The position numbers and the translations under genes are program-made. The notes under the pieces are model-generated. The model was not told the origin of the DNA. It saw only the letters and a list, made by a program, of their open reading frames with translations, and did not search any database. From NCBI GenBank assembly GCA_009859145.1, contig VRVR01000011.1, forward strand, positions 206,026-270,025: 64,000 bases of DNA, given 5' to 3'. Source of the stretch: Andalucia godoyi And28 (taxonomy: Eukaryota; Protista; Jakobida). This document shows, in pieces, positions 20,527 to 31,582 of the stretch (position 1 is the stretch's first letter; each line of letters starts with the position of its first letter).

Positions 20527-22395
20527 ATGGCATTGACGGTTCGAAGAGATGTGCAGTCGTTGCTGACTGAACTTCGATTAGCGACTGTGCTTTCGGAGTC
20601 CGATATTGACGAAATTGCTTCGGATCTCTTTTCCAATTCGTCCGACGACGACCATCTTCATCGTCCGCAGGCTGCTCGTCAGCCGCAGTCACAAAGACAA
20701 GACGCGCAACATCCTGCAGCTGTCCCCAAAGAGCATGGGGGAAGCGCGGCTCCAACAAAGACAGTGGTCTCATCGTTGGAAAATGAAGTGTCGATGCTGA
20801 CACAGCGAGTCAGGGCGTTGGAGGCGGACTTGCGAGAGGCACGACATGGACATGAGCTGGCTGAGACGGAGAACCGAGTGCTGCGCGCTCGTATTTCTTC
20901 GCTGGAGCCAAAAGCAGCGTCGGTGGATTCGCTGTTGTCGAAACAAGCAGCGAATGAGAAGGAGCTTGTGCATCTGCGAGGAGAGCAGGGTCGCTTGGAA
21001 CGAGAGCTGAGTGCTGCGCGAGAAGAATCGCGTCGGGGTCCGGCTGGATTGATGCTTGATGCGCTGAGAGAAGACCTTGGAAAAGAAAGAGAAGCAAAAC
21101 GACTTGTGGAGCTCGATAAACAGTATCTTGGAAGGGAAGTCGAGCGGCTGCAGACTCTTGTGCGAACCACGGAAAAGGATCGCGATGAGTGGAACGCTCG
21201 CTACCATTCATTGCTTGACAAGTACGAAAAGCAGCAACAGCAGCCATTTGGATACGGAAATGGTGGGAATGGAAGTGGCAGCAAACCATCGTTGGGTGAA
21301 GAGCAGCGAGAGAAATTGGAAGCGGAGCTGGTGAGCAAGATTGAAAAGGATGTGTATGGACGGGTGGAAAAGGAGCGGGAGCGATTAGAGACGCAAGTGA
21401 CGCAGCAAACACATATACTGTCGTCTTTGCGATCGCAAATTGAGTCCATTGGAATGGAAAGAGATGCTGCACGACGGGATGCAGAGGCCCTCAGAAGCCA
21501 GATGATGGTTGTCGAGGGTGACTTGAGGAGGCTGAGGGGTGAGCACGAGGCAGAGACGTCCGAGCTGAGAGCAGTGGTTCGCATCAAGTCCTTTGAAGCA
21601 GAGCGTTCTGCTGCGGCTTGCGACGATCTTCGAAAGGATGTCCGCGCTGCAAGAAGAGATGCTGCGGTCCTGAGAGAAAAGCTTGAGGCTGCCAGAGACG
21701 AGTACTATCGACTGTGGGCGGACTCGAAGATTGTTGCGGGGAACAGCAGTGGCGGTGGAAAAGGAGAAAGTGCGACTCGGGACTCCGACGCGTCGCATAC
21801 TCCTTCGCAAGAAATGCTGTGCAGAATGCTGGATGAAGAGCGGTCTGAGAACCTGAAACTGAGAAGAGAGAACCTCGTCTTGCAGGCAGACATTGCAAGG
21901 CTGCTTGCACACCGCGAGACAATCACCCGGATCAAGGAACACATTCGCACGAGAAAGACCTCTTCGCAAGTACAAGAAACCGAGGATCGCAAGTCTTCCA
22001 CTGCCGATGGAGACGAGGGTGACAATCCGGAAGGAAGTGGCTCAGAAGATGATCATGCATCTGAGCATTCTGATGGTTCCATCGGTGATCAGAAACTTCG
22101 CATGCATCGAGGACACGAAGAGAAGGAGCAAGCGCAGCAAAGTGGCGGCGAAGACAGCGGTGATAATGATGATGATGAACAGCAAGAAGAAGGGGAATTG
22201 GGTGCTTTTATGCAGTCTGGAATGAGAAAGAAGCAGAGCTCGGCCAAGAAAAACAGTTCCAGCTCCAATATGCCGATGAAAAGGATGGATGCAACTCCCG
22301 TTCGCGAACCATCCCGAACTGCTTCGTATGACCAAACGAGCGAGGCGTCGTTTATGCCGGCGATCGTTCTTCACAAGTCAGACCAGAGATACTAG
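20527..22395 (+). CDS. Coiled-coil centriolar protein, PIBF1/CEP90-like
   Basis: 622 aa coiled-coil ORF. ELRAVVRIKSFEAER...REKLEAARDEYYRL resembles PIBF1 (KSFE.DR...KLEVL..E(F/Y)Y.L). Confidence 0.55.
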   Translation: MALTVRRDVQSLLTELRLATVLSESDIDEIASDLFSNSSDDDHLHRPQAARQPQSQRQDAQHPAAVPKEHGGSAAPTKTVVSSLENEVSMLTQRVRALEADLREARHGHELAETENRVLRARISSLEPKAASVDSLLSKQAANEKELVHLRGEQGRLERELSAAREESRRGPAGLMLDALREDLGKEREAKRLVELDKQYLGREVERLQTLVRTTEKDRDEWNARYHSLLDKYEKQQQQPFGYGNGGNGSGSKPSLGEEQREKLEAELVSKIEKDVYGRVEKERERLETQVTQQTHILSSLRSQIESIGMERDAARRDAEALRSQMMVVEGDLRRLRGEHEAETSELRAVVRIKSFEAERSAAACDDLRKDVRAARRDAAVLREKLEAARDEYYRLWADSKIVAGNSSGGGKGESATRDSDASHTPSQEMLCRMLDEERSENLKLRRENLVLQADIARLLAHRETITRIKEHIRTRKTSSQVQETEDRKSSTADGDEGDNPEGSGSEDDHASEHSDGSIGDQKLRMHRGHEEKEQAQQSGGEDSGDNDDDEQQEEGELGAFMQSGMRKKQSSAKKNSSSSNMPMKRMDATPVREPSRTASYDQTSEASFMPAIVLHKSDQRY

Positions 22396-22934
22396 ATGCC
22401 CTTTCGCTCTTTCGCTCTCTTCCTCTCTCCCTCCCTCGCTCGCTGCCTCGCTGTCCTCTGTTCTGCCATGTCCGTTCAAAATAATTCGTGGAAATGGAAT
22501 GGGAATGTAATAGTAGCGCTAGTATTGGTCAAAGTCAGATGAATGATTGACGTTCGGAAATTCCGTGTTCCCTACTTTGGTTCTGGCCATTTCTGAATAT
22601 GGACGCAAATCGCCGACGTGTCCATCGCGGATGTTTCTTTTCTGGAAAAGGCGTTTGATCCCCGACCCGGAATGGAAAAAAATCCTCATAAACGCCACGA
22701 TGAGCATGCATTCCACAGGAAAATCCGAGGAACATTCTCAAGTTTGAAATGGCCCGCGCCCCGGACGCGAGCAATGTGCAATACGAGGAGGGAAAAAGCT
22801 GCCCAAGGATGTCCTACAAAAATGAGTGTGTGCGTTATTCTTCTTATCCTTTTGTTCTTTCCCTGCTTTTATTTTTTCACTCATTCTTTTCTTGTTTGTG
22901 CTTACTTTCGTTCTTGTAGGCAATCTGAACAACA

Positions 22935-23534
22935 ATGTCGATGAGGTGTTTTGCAATTGCAGCGGTGGTTGCGGCATGCATGCTTGCCTGTGCGACTGCG
23001 AATCTTTCTCCTGGAAAGTGCCTGAACAACATTCCTCTGCAGACGCCCTTTGATGTCTCAAAGTACGCGTCGAACTATACTTGGTATGAGTGGGCTCGCT
23101 TTGGAATTTCTTTTGAAAATGATTTGAGCTGCGTTCACGCGACGTACTATCCTGATCCGTCCGACAAGTCTCATGTTGTCGTCTACAACACCGGAATCCG
23201 AAACGGACAGCAGGAATCGATTCAGGGGTATGCAACGATTCACGACGCAGAACACCCTGCGTGGCTCGAGGTGAAGTTCCCCGGTCAGCCCGTGACTGCG
23301 CCGTACAAGGTGGTGTGGGTGAACATTAACCCCACCACCGGAGAATACGACCAGGCCATTGTCTACTCGTGCGTTGAGATCGCCTTTGAAAAGGCTGAGT
23401 TCTCTTGGGTTCTTTCCAAGGCAGGGCGCGTCGTTGAGCCAGAGATTTGGGACAAGATCGTGTCCGTCGCACAGTCCCTTGGAATTAACACCAAGGAATA
23501 CACGTACACCCTGCAGAAGGGCTGCACCAACTGA
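22935..23534 (+). CDS. Secreted lipocalin (ApoD/Blc-like)
   Basis: Signal peptide, FDVSKYASNYTWYEWAR (SCR1-like), CVHATY, YKVVW..YDQAIVYSC, SWVLSK (SCR3), terminal C. Confidence 0.85.
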   Translation: MSMRCFAIAAVVAACMLACATANLSPGKCLNNIPLQTPFDVSKYASNYTWYEWARFGISFENDLSCVHATYYPDPSDKSHVVVYNTGIRNGQQESIQGYATIHDAEHPAWLEVKFPGQPVTAPYKVVWVNINPTTGEYDQAIVYSCVEIAFEKAEFSWVLSKAGRVVEPEIWDKIVSVAQSLGINTKEYTYTLQKGCTN

Positions 23535-23820
23535 GGTTTCCTTCTGCTCGCTTGCAGTGCGTCTTCTTTCAACATCTCCTGTGACTTTATCCTTATCCTG
23601 TTCTCTCGTGCAGGTTTGATCAATGCGTGGGATTCCAGAGTATAAAACTACGTTTCATTCCTAATGAATGCACGCTCGCTATTCTGTGAACTACTTTTCT
23701 TCTTCTTGCTTTCGTCGGGTCCGGGAGATGAAGAGACCGTATGCATTGACGAGAGCCTCGCTGTTGCTGTTGCTGTTGGCTGATTTAGAATTGGTTTTTT
23801 CATTTCTGTATTTTTAATTT

Positions 23821-24120
23821 TTACTGGTGATGATGGACGACATCGTGGAAAGGAGCTGGGTTTCGCATGTACTTTGATCCTCCTATGGCGGCAGGAAGGA
23901 TGTACAAGTCTGGGTGCGATTTGCTTGCGAGCAGGCGGTGTCCATCTGCAACAAGCTGCTTGATCTTCTTGGGATCCGTTTCTTGCGCACCTGCACGGAA
24001 TGCGTCGCGGATTCCCTGTGCCTCCACATTGAACAACTCGCGCTGCACGATCCACGACAGCATGTGCTTCAGCGAGTGGCGGTACAAACGAGTCACGGTT
24101 TGCCGGTGTGTAAGCGTCAT
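23821..24120 (-). CDS. NDUFB9: Complex I accessory subunit NDUFB9 (LYR family)
   Basis: HRQTVTRLYRHSLK..SW..RELF...IR..F...DP...HPDLYI.P...GGSKYMRN. Confidence 0.9.
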   Translation of the reverse strand: MTLTHRQTVTRLYRHSLKHMLSWIVQRELFNVEAQGIRDAFRAGAQETDPKKIKQLVADGHRLLASKSHPDLYILPAAIGGSKYMRNPAPFHDVVHHHQ

Positions 24121-24483
24121 TCCTTTATATATATATATATATACGATATTCGAGCAAATAACCCCTCCTCCTCTTTTTCTTGAGGGGGAAAGAGTCTATC
24201 CAGCAGATCTTGTCACAAACAGAAAAAGGAAAAGATGGAAGGAGGGGAAAGAGAAAGAAAAACACGATTACTTGCGATTGCTTACATATATAATTGTTAC
24301 TACTGCAAAAAAACCGGCTGAAGAAAAAACGAATGACACATGACAGATGACAGATGACAATGACAGGTGAGCTATTTTTACGACGGATGTTTCAATGTAC
24401 ACAGTTTGGTGTGAGTAGAAAGCTGCAGGTCAAAAAAAAAAAAGAATTAAGGAATGCGCATTCGCCCCCCACTTATGAAGACA

Positions 24484-26928
24484 CTATGCGTCGTAAACAT
24501 AGACACTAGGATCGTCAGGCGCTCTGCTAAGGAATTCACGGTCCATGAGGCTGCTGATTCTCCGCTTGATATCTTCGTTCGCAGGTTCAAATCGCATGCG
24601 CAGGACCTGGACGACTTCTTTGAGCAGCTCCATGTGGGACAGCTTCTTTCTTGCCTTCATAATCCGAACAATCGCACAGTCAATTTCAAAATTGCGCTGC
24701 TCTTGAATCTTCTCGTCCGTCTCCTTCTTCAAGGCAGTCGATTCTGCTTGAACAATGGCGTTCACGGAGATCTGGCCCGACCGAGGAGGCTCAAACGCGT
24801 CGTTAATGGACAGCAAATCGCGATCCTTGTTGAAGGACAAGAGATCAAAGAAGCGGCGCTCTTTCTTGTTGATGTGCAAGCACGACATGTTGCCGCGGAG
24901 TTCAGAAAGCATTACTTGGATGCGGGCATGAATCTCAGGGAATGTCCACGAGTCCCGCTCATTGAATAGCATGACGACGGCTGCTTGGATTGTCGACAGA
25001 GAAAGCGAAAGCGTTCGCCCTTTGAAATTGTAGTCCACTTTGGCGGTGCCGTAGGAAGCTGCAAACGACAGCTTCCGCGCACGATTCAGATTCGCGTAGA
25101 ACGCCTTGAAAGATTCGATGCACGGTTGAAAATCTGTAAAGTTGACAGGAAACGAGCGATTCAGCGGCCATGATCCCGTCTTGAGCACGAAGACGTTTAG
25201 ATCCACAGATGCTGATTGACGGAATGCTGCAAGCACTTCAGAAGGCTGCGCAGAGGCGTTTGCCGACAGAGTGTTTCGTCGGAACTCTTTGAACTGTGTG
25301 ATCAGCTCCTTTGAAACTCGGATGTCATCCATCATCGAGATCATTCGTGCGGTAAACTGTTGTCCACACTCCTCGCGGATCATCATGAGGAATCGATTCT
25401 CTGAAAATTCAGTAACCCGGGACTTGCCGGACAGCAACCTCCGAGCCAAAAGCCTCTGGCAATACTCACCAAACTTGTCCTTTGCATACAACAAACGGAA
25501 CAGCTGCACAACTCTTCGTAACACAGATTCCTCCGCATCGACGGCAACCAGACCGGAGACAGAAGACAGAGCGGAAGATACGCCACTACCAACGGAGTTG
25601 GACGAAGAAGCTCTGCCATGATTTGCGTCGTTATTCCCGTCGAAATGCGAGGATGAGCTTACATCTGTCATGATGACATCATCGTTCGCAGCATTCGTCT
25701 TGAGAATGTGATCCACAAACTCCGCCAGAAGTTCGGGAAAATCGGGAGTCTGCCCATTTAAGTGTGCTTCAAATTTCTTGTTGAACGCCTGCACAAACGA
25801 GGAGTCTGGAACTCGTTTCACTCCGGTCAAAGTGTAGAAACACTGGTCACAAGCAGCATCAACCATCCGACGAAGATCCAACACCTGTTCCACCACTTCC
25901 ACTTTGCTTCGTGCATTTGTGCCGGTTCCAGCAGATGCTGCAGAATGTGCCTGCTTTACGATGGAGCCCAAATGTTGATCCACAAAAGACACGACGGCAG
26001 ATCGGAGAATGGATAATGGTGCCTCTCCCACTTCACCAAGCATGTGGTACATCAGTCGCAAATCCTCCCATCTTGCGTCACGGAACAACGCCGTGGCACC
26101 CGTGGATTCTTTATCAACGATCACCTGAGCCGCCTCGGAAATCAGAATTTCTTGTGCAACACTTTGAATTTTCTGTCTCGTCAGACGAGCGCAGAACACC
26201 TCATCCACAAGTTTCAGTTCCGAAGCCATGATCCGTTGCACGAGTTTCAAATAATCTGGAGAGGCGAGCAGCATAAGAGATTCTGCCACAATCTTTCTAA
26301 AGTACAATGTCGCAGACTGCAGCAAACAAGGCTCGAACTTCCCGACATACACGGGGACTTCGCCCAGCTCAAGCATCATTCGGACTGCATCATGAATGAC
26401 AGCCTGGTCCAAAAGAAGTGCGCCTGACCGATACGCATCCACCTTATCCAGCACAAGTCGAACAATTCTTGGCATCACCTTTTCCTTCAAGACGACTTCA
26501 TCGCGAATCAGCAACAGCGCAGTGGCATACGGACCGGGATGGCCCATTTCGACCAGATGTTTATCCCAGTAGAGGAAGATATTTGCGACGGATCGCGCGG
26601 CTGCATTCATTAGTCGCCACTTGAGCACCAGTGTCGTCAAGAACGTCTCATCTGGCTCCGCAGCAATCGAATTGTAGAAAACAGGCAAATTATTCCGGAT
26701 CCGTTCCTCGAGTCTTCGATACAGTCCAACACGTTTCGGCGGGTCCGATATGAGAATAAAGAGGCGATATGCTGCATGATATGATTTTTGGTATAGCAAA
26801 GACCCTGTTTGCTGTGAAAACACTGCGTCGATCACGGACGCGAGCTCCGGCCATGTTAGTTCCACAAACGCCTGTGGATCCGCCGGCTTCAGAACTAGAT
26901 CCTTGATAACCAGTCGTGAAGATGCCAT
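24484..26928 (-). CDS. Cullin E3-ligase scaffold (Cul3/Cul4-like)
   Basis: Cullin repeats, KDKFGEYCQRLLARRLL, ECGQQFTARMISMMDDI, VLKTGSWP, and neddylation domain IDCAIVRIMKARK...IKRRISSLMDREFL. Confidence 0.93.
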   Translation of the reverse strand: MASSRLVIKDLVLKPADPQAFVELTWPELASVIDAVFSQQTGSLLYQKSYHAAYRLFILISDPPKRVGLYRRLEERIRNNLPVFYNSIAAEPDETFLTTLVLKWRLMNAAARSVANIFLYWDKHLVEMGHPGPYATALLLIRDEVVLKEKVMPRIVRLVLDKVDAYRSGALLLDQAVIHDAVRMMLELGEVPVYVGKFEPCLLQSATLYFRKIVAESLMLLASPDYLKLVQRIMASELKLVDEVFCARLTRQKIQSVAQEILISEAAQVIVDKESTGATALFRDARWEDLRLMYHMLGEVGEAPLSILRSAVVSFVDQHLGSIVKQAHSAASAGTGTNARSKVEVVEQVLDLRRMVDAACDQCFYTLTGVKRVPDSSFVQAFNKKFEAHLNGQTPDFPELLAEFVDHILKTNAANDDVIMTDVSSSSHFDGNNDANHGRASSSNSVGSGVSSALSSVSGLVAVDAEESVLRRVVQLFRLLYAKDKFGEYCQRLLARRLLSGKSRVTEFSENRFLMMIREECGQQFTARMISMMDDIRVSKELITQFKEFRRNTLSANASAQPSEVLAAFRQSASVDLNVFVLKTGSWPLNRSFPVNFTDFQPCIESFKAFYANLNRARKLSFAASYGTAKVDYNFKGRTLSLSLSTIQAAVVMLFNERDSWTFPEIHARIQVMLSELRGNMSCLHINKKERRFFDLLSFNKDRDLLSINDAFEPPRSGQISVNAIVQAESTALKKETDEKIQEQRNFEIDCAIVRIMKARKKLSHMELLKEVVQVLRMRFEPANEDIKRRISSLMDREFLSRAPDDPSVYVYDA

Positions 26929-27381
26929 TTCCTCACTGTGTATGCGTACGCGTGTGTATGTGCGCGTGAGAGAGTGTGAGAAAAAGAGTAAGACGGAGAG
27001 TAAGACGGAGAAAAATATAAACTAAAAATTATAATAAAATGAATAAACGGAAACGAACAGCTAAAATAAGAAGAATGGAAGAAGGAGAAGGAAAAGGAAA
27101 AGGAGAAAAACGTTGTGGAATGTCAATTTTGAAAGGACAACTTGACTCCTACAATTAAGAGGCCATTCGACAGAAGCAAGTCTGCGTTGGAGGGCAGCAC
27201 TTTGGCATTCCCGCTGAGTTTATTGAAACGATGAAAGCACACGAGTCGTCACTAGAGTCACGCGACTCATTTCCTCTTTTTCTTTCCTATTAAATTTTTT
27301 TAATTAGACTCCTATAACCAACAACCCAAACGTCTGGTGGATGGCTGTGAAGATCATCGGATAGTATGGCTGGGAAGGTGT

Positions 27382-27779
27382 GCAGGTCGAGGCCCAATGA
27401 GAGACACTGTCGAATATTGACAGCCGCATCCCTTTGTAATCGATGATTCCTCCGCCGTGCCCCCTCTCTCTATGCGGCGCACTCCATTTGCCGATCAACA
27501 ATCAACGCAATATCCGCTCGATGGAAAACAGAGAATGAAAGATCAAGAGAGAAACAGAGAACAACTCGATAAAATGCGGAATGGCAATAAATGAAGCTCG
27601 TTGAAACCCCTAGTTTCCTCCCGGTTCCCCAAAGTCCAAACGGTTCCAACGAATGCACTAGTTGATCCATTCGAGAGCTCTGACGAAACATAGGCTGTTT
27701 CTGTTTTGCGGTGCGCAGACCCACGGATGTCCCACTCAAAAGGGGAACTCATTGGATGGGCGCGGTTGCTGACTGTAAA
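27382..27779 (-). repeat. Dispersed non-coding repeat (long copy)
   Basis: 27504-27779 is the near-identical reverse complement of 63723-64000. 27382-27447 is the exact reverse complement of 31178-31243. Confidence 0.92.
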
Positions 27780-28086
27780 CGTCACTTTACGCCAAGTCAT
27801 CTGCTTGAGGCGCAGCATGCGAGCTGAATGTTTGGAGAGGTTTTGATTGGAGGATTTTACCTGTATTTCCAATCTTACTTATTTTGAATGATGCTCGGAT
27901 ACGGTCGATTGGCAATGATCCTTCTGCTGGATAGAGCGTGTTTTTTTTTTCTATTGGAAGGGGTAGTTGGATTCTTCTGAGGACTGGGCAGTTCATGGAA
28001 TCTTGGTTCGCAAAAAAAGAAAAAAGAAAAAAGAAAAAAGAAGAGCACTTTTTAGAGCAAACGCAGAAAGAGGGGGACAGTGCGGG

Positions 28087-29484
28087 ATGCTGCTTCGGGA
28101 ACTGCGATTTCTGAGTGTTTTGAACAACATTCCTGAGCGAAAGCTGGTGTTTTTGCTGGCCGCGCCAAAGGGACGCCCGACGGAACGAGCGATTGTGATT
28201 CTTGAAAAGTTTGATTATGATCCTAGCCATTGGCAGGAACTGTTTGACCATGCGAGCGAGGCTGTTCTGCTGAGTGAAAATGAGTCTGTGCGTGAAATGG
28301 CGGTGACGGTTCCTTCTGACCTGAACAAGATCAAGGCATTTGTGCAGTGGAATGTGCAGCCTGCAGACATTGCGAAAATGACAGGCTCGCCAATGAGGTA
28401 CTTGCGAGAAACTCCAGAGGACTATGCTCTGTGCACATCGCTCTACATCGCTTCCGAGATTGAAAGAGGAAAAAACGAGTGGATTGATAGGCTGTTGTGC
28501 AAGGATAGGTTCCTCGAAGCACATTCGCATACTGCTGCCGCCCACCAGTATGCGTCTACTCTGAGCCCGGAATCGCTGGCACTGCTTGACGAGCGGAGGA
28601 AGACCATTCTCAGAATCAGTCGAATGAACCTGAGTGACAATCTCAAGTGTGCCGGGCATTTGAAGCACCCGCAACCGAAGACCTCTCTCGATCATTTTGC
28701 AAAGTCGTTTATGTCCTCTATGAGTGTGTCGTCTTTGGCTTCTGGAGATAGTATGGACAGCAATGGTAGTAGCGGCGGTAGATCAAATCGTCCGCGTATC
28801 GACAACGACAAGGACAAGGACAAGGACAAGGACAAGACTGGTGAGTACCTGGCGGTGGTTCCCGGTGCAGTGGAGGCCCATGCAAACGGTCCCATTCCAT
28901 TGCTGAATATTTCTGCGACATCTGTGGCCAGTCCTCTGATGAACTCCCCGATGGACTTTTCCGAGCGGCCAGAAGATGGAGGGAAGGAACCCGAAGAATT
29001 GCTGGTGTTTTCACCAACGCGCAAGGTCCCCAATTTGGTGTATTCGGATGACATCTTTATCATCATTCCCGACGCGAAATGGGATCGCGTTAATATCGAG
29101 CAGCTCTACTTGCTAGCAATAACGAGACAGCCTATCACTTGTCTGCGAGAATTGCGCGCCGTGCATGTTCCCCTTCTGGAACACGTCCGTGACAAGGCAC
29201 ATAGCGTCTTGCGAAACATGTTTCAACTTGAGCCGCAGTGTTTGCGTTTGTTCATTCACTACCTGCCTTCCTACTTCCATTTGCACGTCCATGCAGTCAA
29301 TTCTTCGTTCTCTCCAAAAGGAATCGATGCGGGGAAGGCGCACTTGCTCGATGACGTCATTGACAATTTGAAACTCGACTCCGATCACTATGCAAAGCGA
29401 ACACTTGGCATTGTTTTGCGTGAAACTCATCCAGTTTACCAGAAACTTAGACAAAATCAAATGCAAGACGACGAAAATTCGTGA
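28087..29484 (+). CDS. DCPS: Scavenger decapping enzyme DcpS (m7GpppX diphosphatase, HIT family)
   Basis: AIVILEK, RETPEDY, IIPDAKWD, LYLLAI, LRELRAVHVPLL, LFIHYLPSYFHLHVH (HIT motif), AHLLDDVIDNL. Confidence 0.92.
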   Translation: MLLRELRFLSVLNNIPERKLVFLLAAPKGRPTERAIVILEKFDYDPSHWQELFDHASEAVLLSENESVREMAVTVPSDLNKIKAFVQWNVQPADIAKMTGSPMRYLRETPEDYALCTSLYIASEIERGKNEWIDRLLCKDRFLEAHSHTAAAHQYASTLSPESLALLDERRKTILRISRMNLSDNLKCAGHLKHPQPKTSLDHFAKSFMSSMSVSSLASGDSMDSNGSSGGRSNRPRIDNDKDKDKDKDKTGEYLAVVPGAVEAHANGPIPLLNISATSVASPLMNSPMDFSERPEDGGKEPEELLVFSPTRKVPNLVYSDDIFIIIPDAKWDRVNIEQLYLLAITRQPITCLRELRAVHVPLLEHVRDKAHSVLRNMFQLEPQCLRLFIHYLPSYFHLHVHAVNSSFSPKGIDAGKAHLLDDVIDNLKLDSDHYAKRTLGIVLRETHPVYQKLRQNQMQDDENS

Positions 29485-29563
29485 AATTTGTATGGAAAAT
29501 AGCGATTACATTATAATACACCAAAAAAGCATATACATTAGAAAGGACTCTGTCTCCCGTTCT

Positions 29564-31003
29564 TCATTCTGATTTCCCCGTGACCTTGCGCATTGCCTCC
29601 AGCGATCGAATCTTGTATCCTTGCAACGCCTCCCATTCCAAAATCCGGTCAACGTCTGACCATCGAAAGATTTGTCCTTCAAGAGGTGCCAGCAGTTCAT
29701 CAAACCGGTGGGGACAATAAGCAGAATTCTGGATGGCCTTTTCCACCATCGTCTGCACAGTCTCGTCTGCGTCCCACTTGTTGGTGCCAATGATTCCCGA
29801 CGGACCCCGCTTCAGCCATCCAGAAACAAACACGTGGTCCTGCACGTATCCACGATCGCTGGGCACAATCCTGCGTTCCGCATCAAAAGGCACGTCTGCG
29901 TCCAGCTTCTTGCTGGCATATCCAATCGACCGCAAAACCAAAGAAGAACTCACTATTTCTGGCTCGCTGCCTGTGGGAACAGATCGCTGGCGATTCGGTT
30001 CTCCTTTCAGTACGCAGGGCTGCAGCGACAGTCTTCCGTCCTGGTAGGAGGTCGGCGATGTCAAGAACCGAAATGTGCACCTTTTTTTTGAACCCGCGGC
30101 CGCAGACGAAGCTTGCTGTCCGATCTGCGTCCACAAATCCCACTGCCGCTTCTTCGGGCGATCGGCGTCCTTCTCCGCAGTCGATGCGTCGTTCAAAGCG
30201 AGCTCCTCGGGAGCAACATGCAGGGCAAATGCGCCACTTTTTGCGAGATCCAACATTTCACGAAGCTCTTTGTTTGTGAATGAAGACTGGATCGGGCCTC
30301 TGCGGCCAACGATCGCCACCTCCTGAATTGTCGAGCGGCCGAGAATGTCAACCACTGGCGGCGGACAGTCATACTTTCCCAGGTACTCGGAGTTTGCAAG
30401 CAACATACGAGCACAGTCAAGAGCAACATTTCCGTTTCCAACAACCACAGCCTTCTCAGAACCGGTCAGGCGGGCCGTGAAGATCGCATCTAAACTGTCG
30501 AGTTCAGACTGTGGACGAGGATGTCCATTGTACCACGCAACAAAGTCTCGAGCGCTGACGATTGAATTTGAAATGTCTTGCGCACTGCCAGATCTTTCAT
30601 CCATCTTCTTGTTATTCTTCTTCTTCTTCTGGCTCGCGGCTTGCTCTTCCAAGCACACTTCTTCTCCACGAATCCCAAGCAGTCTATCTTCCGACGCTCC
30701 GTATGCCAACACAACAGCGTCACATGCTCCATTTCGCACTAAATCCTTCACAGAAACATCCGCTCCAAGCGTGACGTTGCCCCAGAATCGAAACCTGTCA
30801 TTCTGCGCAAGTTTTGAAAACACTTTCGAAACGGCTTTCACTTCGGGATGGTCAGGTGCGACCCCGAAACGCACAAGTCCAAACGGCACAGGCAGCGACT
30901 CCATCATTTCCACTCGACAAGATGGAAATTTCTGCAGGACATTTTCAGCGACATAAAACCCACCAGGCCCGCTTCCCACTATGCATACCCGGCGCAGAGC
31001 CAT
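29564..31003 (-). CDS. FDXR: Mitochondrial NADPH:adrenodoxin oxidoreductase
   Basis: VCIVGSGPGGFY, LPVPFGLVRFGVAPDHPEVK, SARDFVAWYNGHP, VVGNGNVALDCAR, GRRGP, LRSIGY, GWLKRGPSGIIG. Confidence 0.95.
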   Translation of the reverse strand: MALRRVCIVGSGPGGFYVAENVLQKFPSCRVEMMESLPVPFGLVRFGVAPDHPEVKAVSKVFSKLAQNDRFRFWGNVTLGADVSVKDLVRNGACDAVVLAYGASEDRLLGIRGEEVCLEEQAASQKKKKNNKKMDERSGSAQDISNSIVSARDFVAWYNGHPRPQSELDSLDAIFTARLTGSEKAVVVGNGNVALDCARMLLANSEYLGKYDCPPPVVDILGRSTIQEVAIVGRRGPIQSSFTNKELREMLDLAKSGAFALHVAPEELALNDASTAEKDADRPKKRQWDLWTQIGQQASSAAAGSKKRCTFRFLTSPTSYQDGRLSLQPCVLKGEPNRQRSVPTGSEPEIVSSSLVLRSIGYASKKLDADVPFDAERRIVPSDRGYVQDHVFVSGWLKRGPSGIIGTNKWDADETVQTMVEKAIQNSAYCPHRFDELLAPLEGQIFRWSDVDRILEWEALQGYKIRSLEAMRKVTGKSE

Positions 31004-31160
31004 TCCGCATTCATACAAAAGAAAACATTCATAACAAAAGGAAAAAGGGCAAGCTCCATTCAAAATAAAAAAATCCTCTAACCCAAGCCTCTCCCCAAAC
31101 ATTCAGCTCGCATGCTGCGCCTCAAGCAGATGATTTTGTTGTAAAAAGTGACTTTTCTAC

Positions 31161-31243
31161 AATCAGCATCCGTGCCCATCATCGATTACAAAGGGATGCG
31201 GCTGTCAATATTCGACAGTGTCTCTCATTGGGCCTCGACCTGC
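31161..31243 (+). repeat. Dispersed repeat, internally deleted short copy
   Basis: aatcagcatccgtgcccatc (matches one end of the long copies) is joined directly to a 66 bp block identical to revcomp 27382-27447. Confidence 0.88.
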
Positions 31244-31582
31244 CGCCACCGGTAACAGCATTCTGCAGGAGGAAAAAGGTCGGCCTTCATTCAACAGCAG
31301 TGTCGACGGCTACCAACTCAGTCATTCTATCCGGTGATATGTTGTTGAGTTGTGTGTTGCGTAGAATCACTGTAGTGCATCATCAATTGGGCAAGAAGTA
31401 ATCGACGTTTCGTTTCCGAGAATTTTCCCGCAAAACAGCGCACGCACAAAAAGTCGTGTCTCCAGTCTGAAAAGACATCTCACTTTGTCGCTGTCTGCGT
31501 TGTGCTGCTTTAATTCTGTTGCTTTTTCTTTTTTTAGTTTTATTATTATTATGATTATTAAAATTAATGGTTTTTTTGAATA

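Noticed and set aside
1253-29484. DCP1 and DCPS as a decapping gene cluster
   Set aside because: They are 26 kb apart with unrelated genes between, which is consistent with chance.
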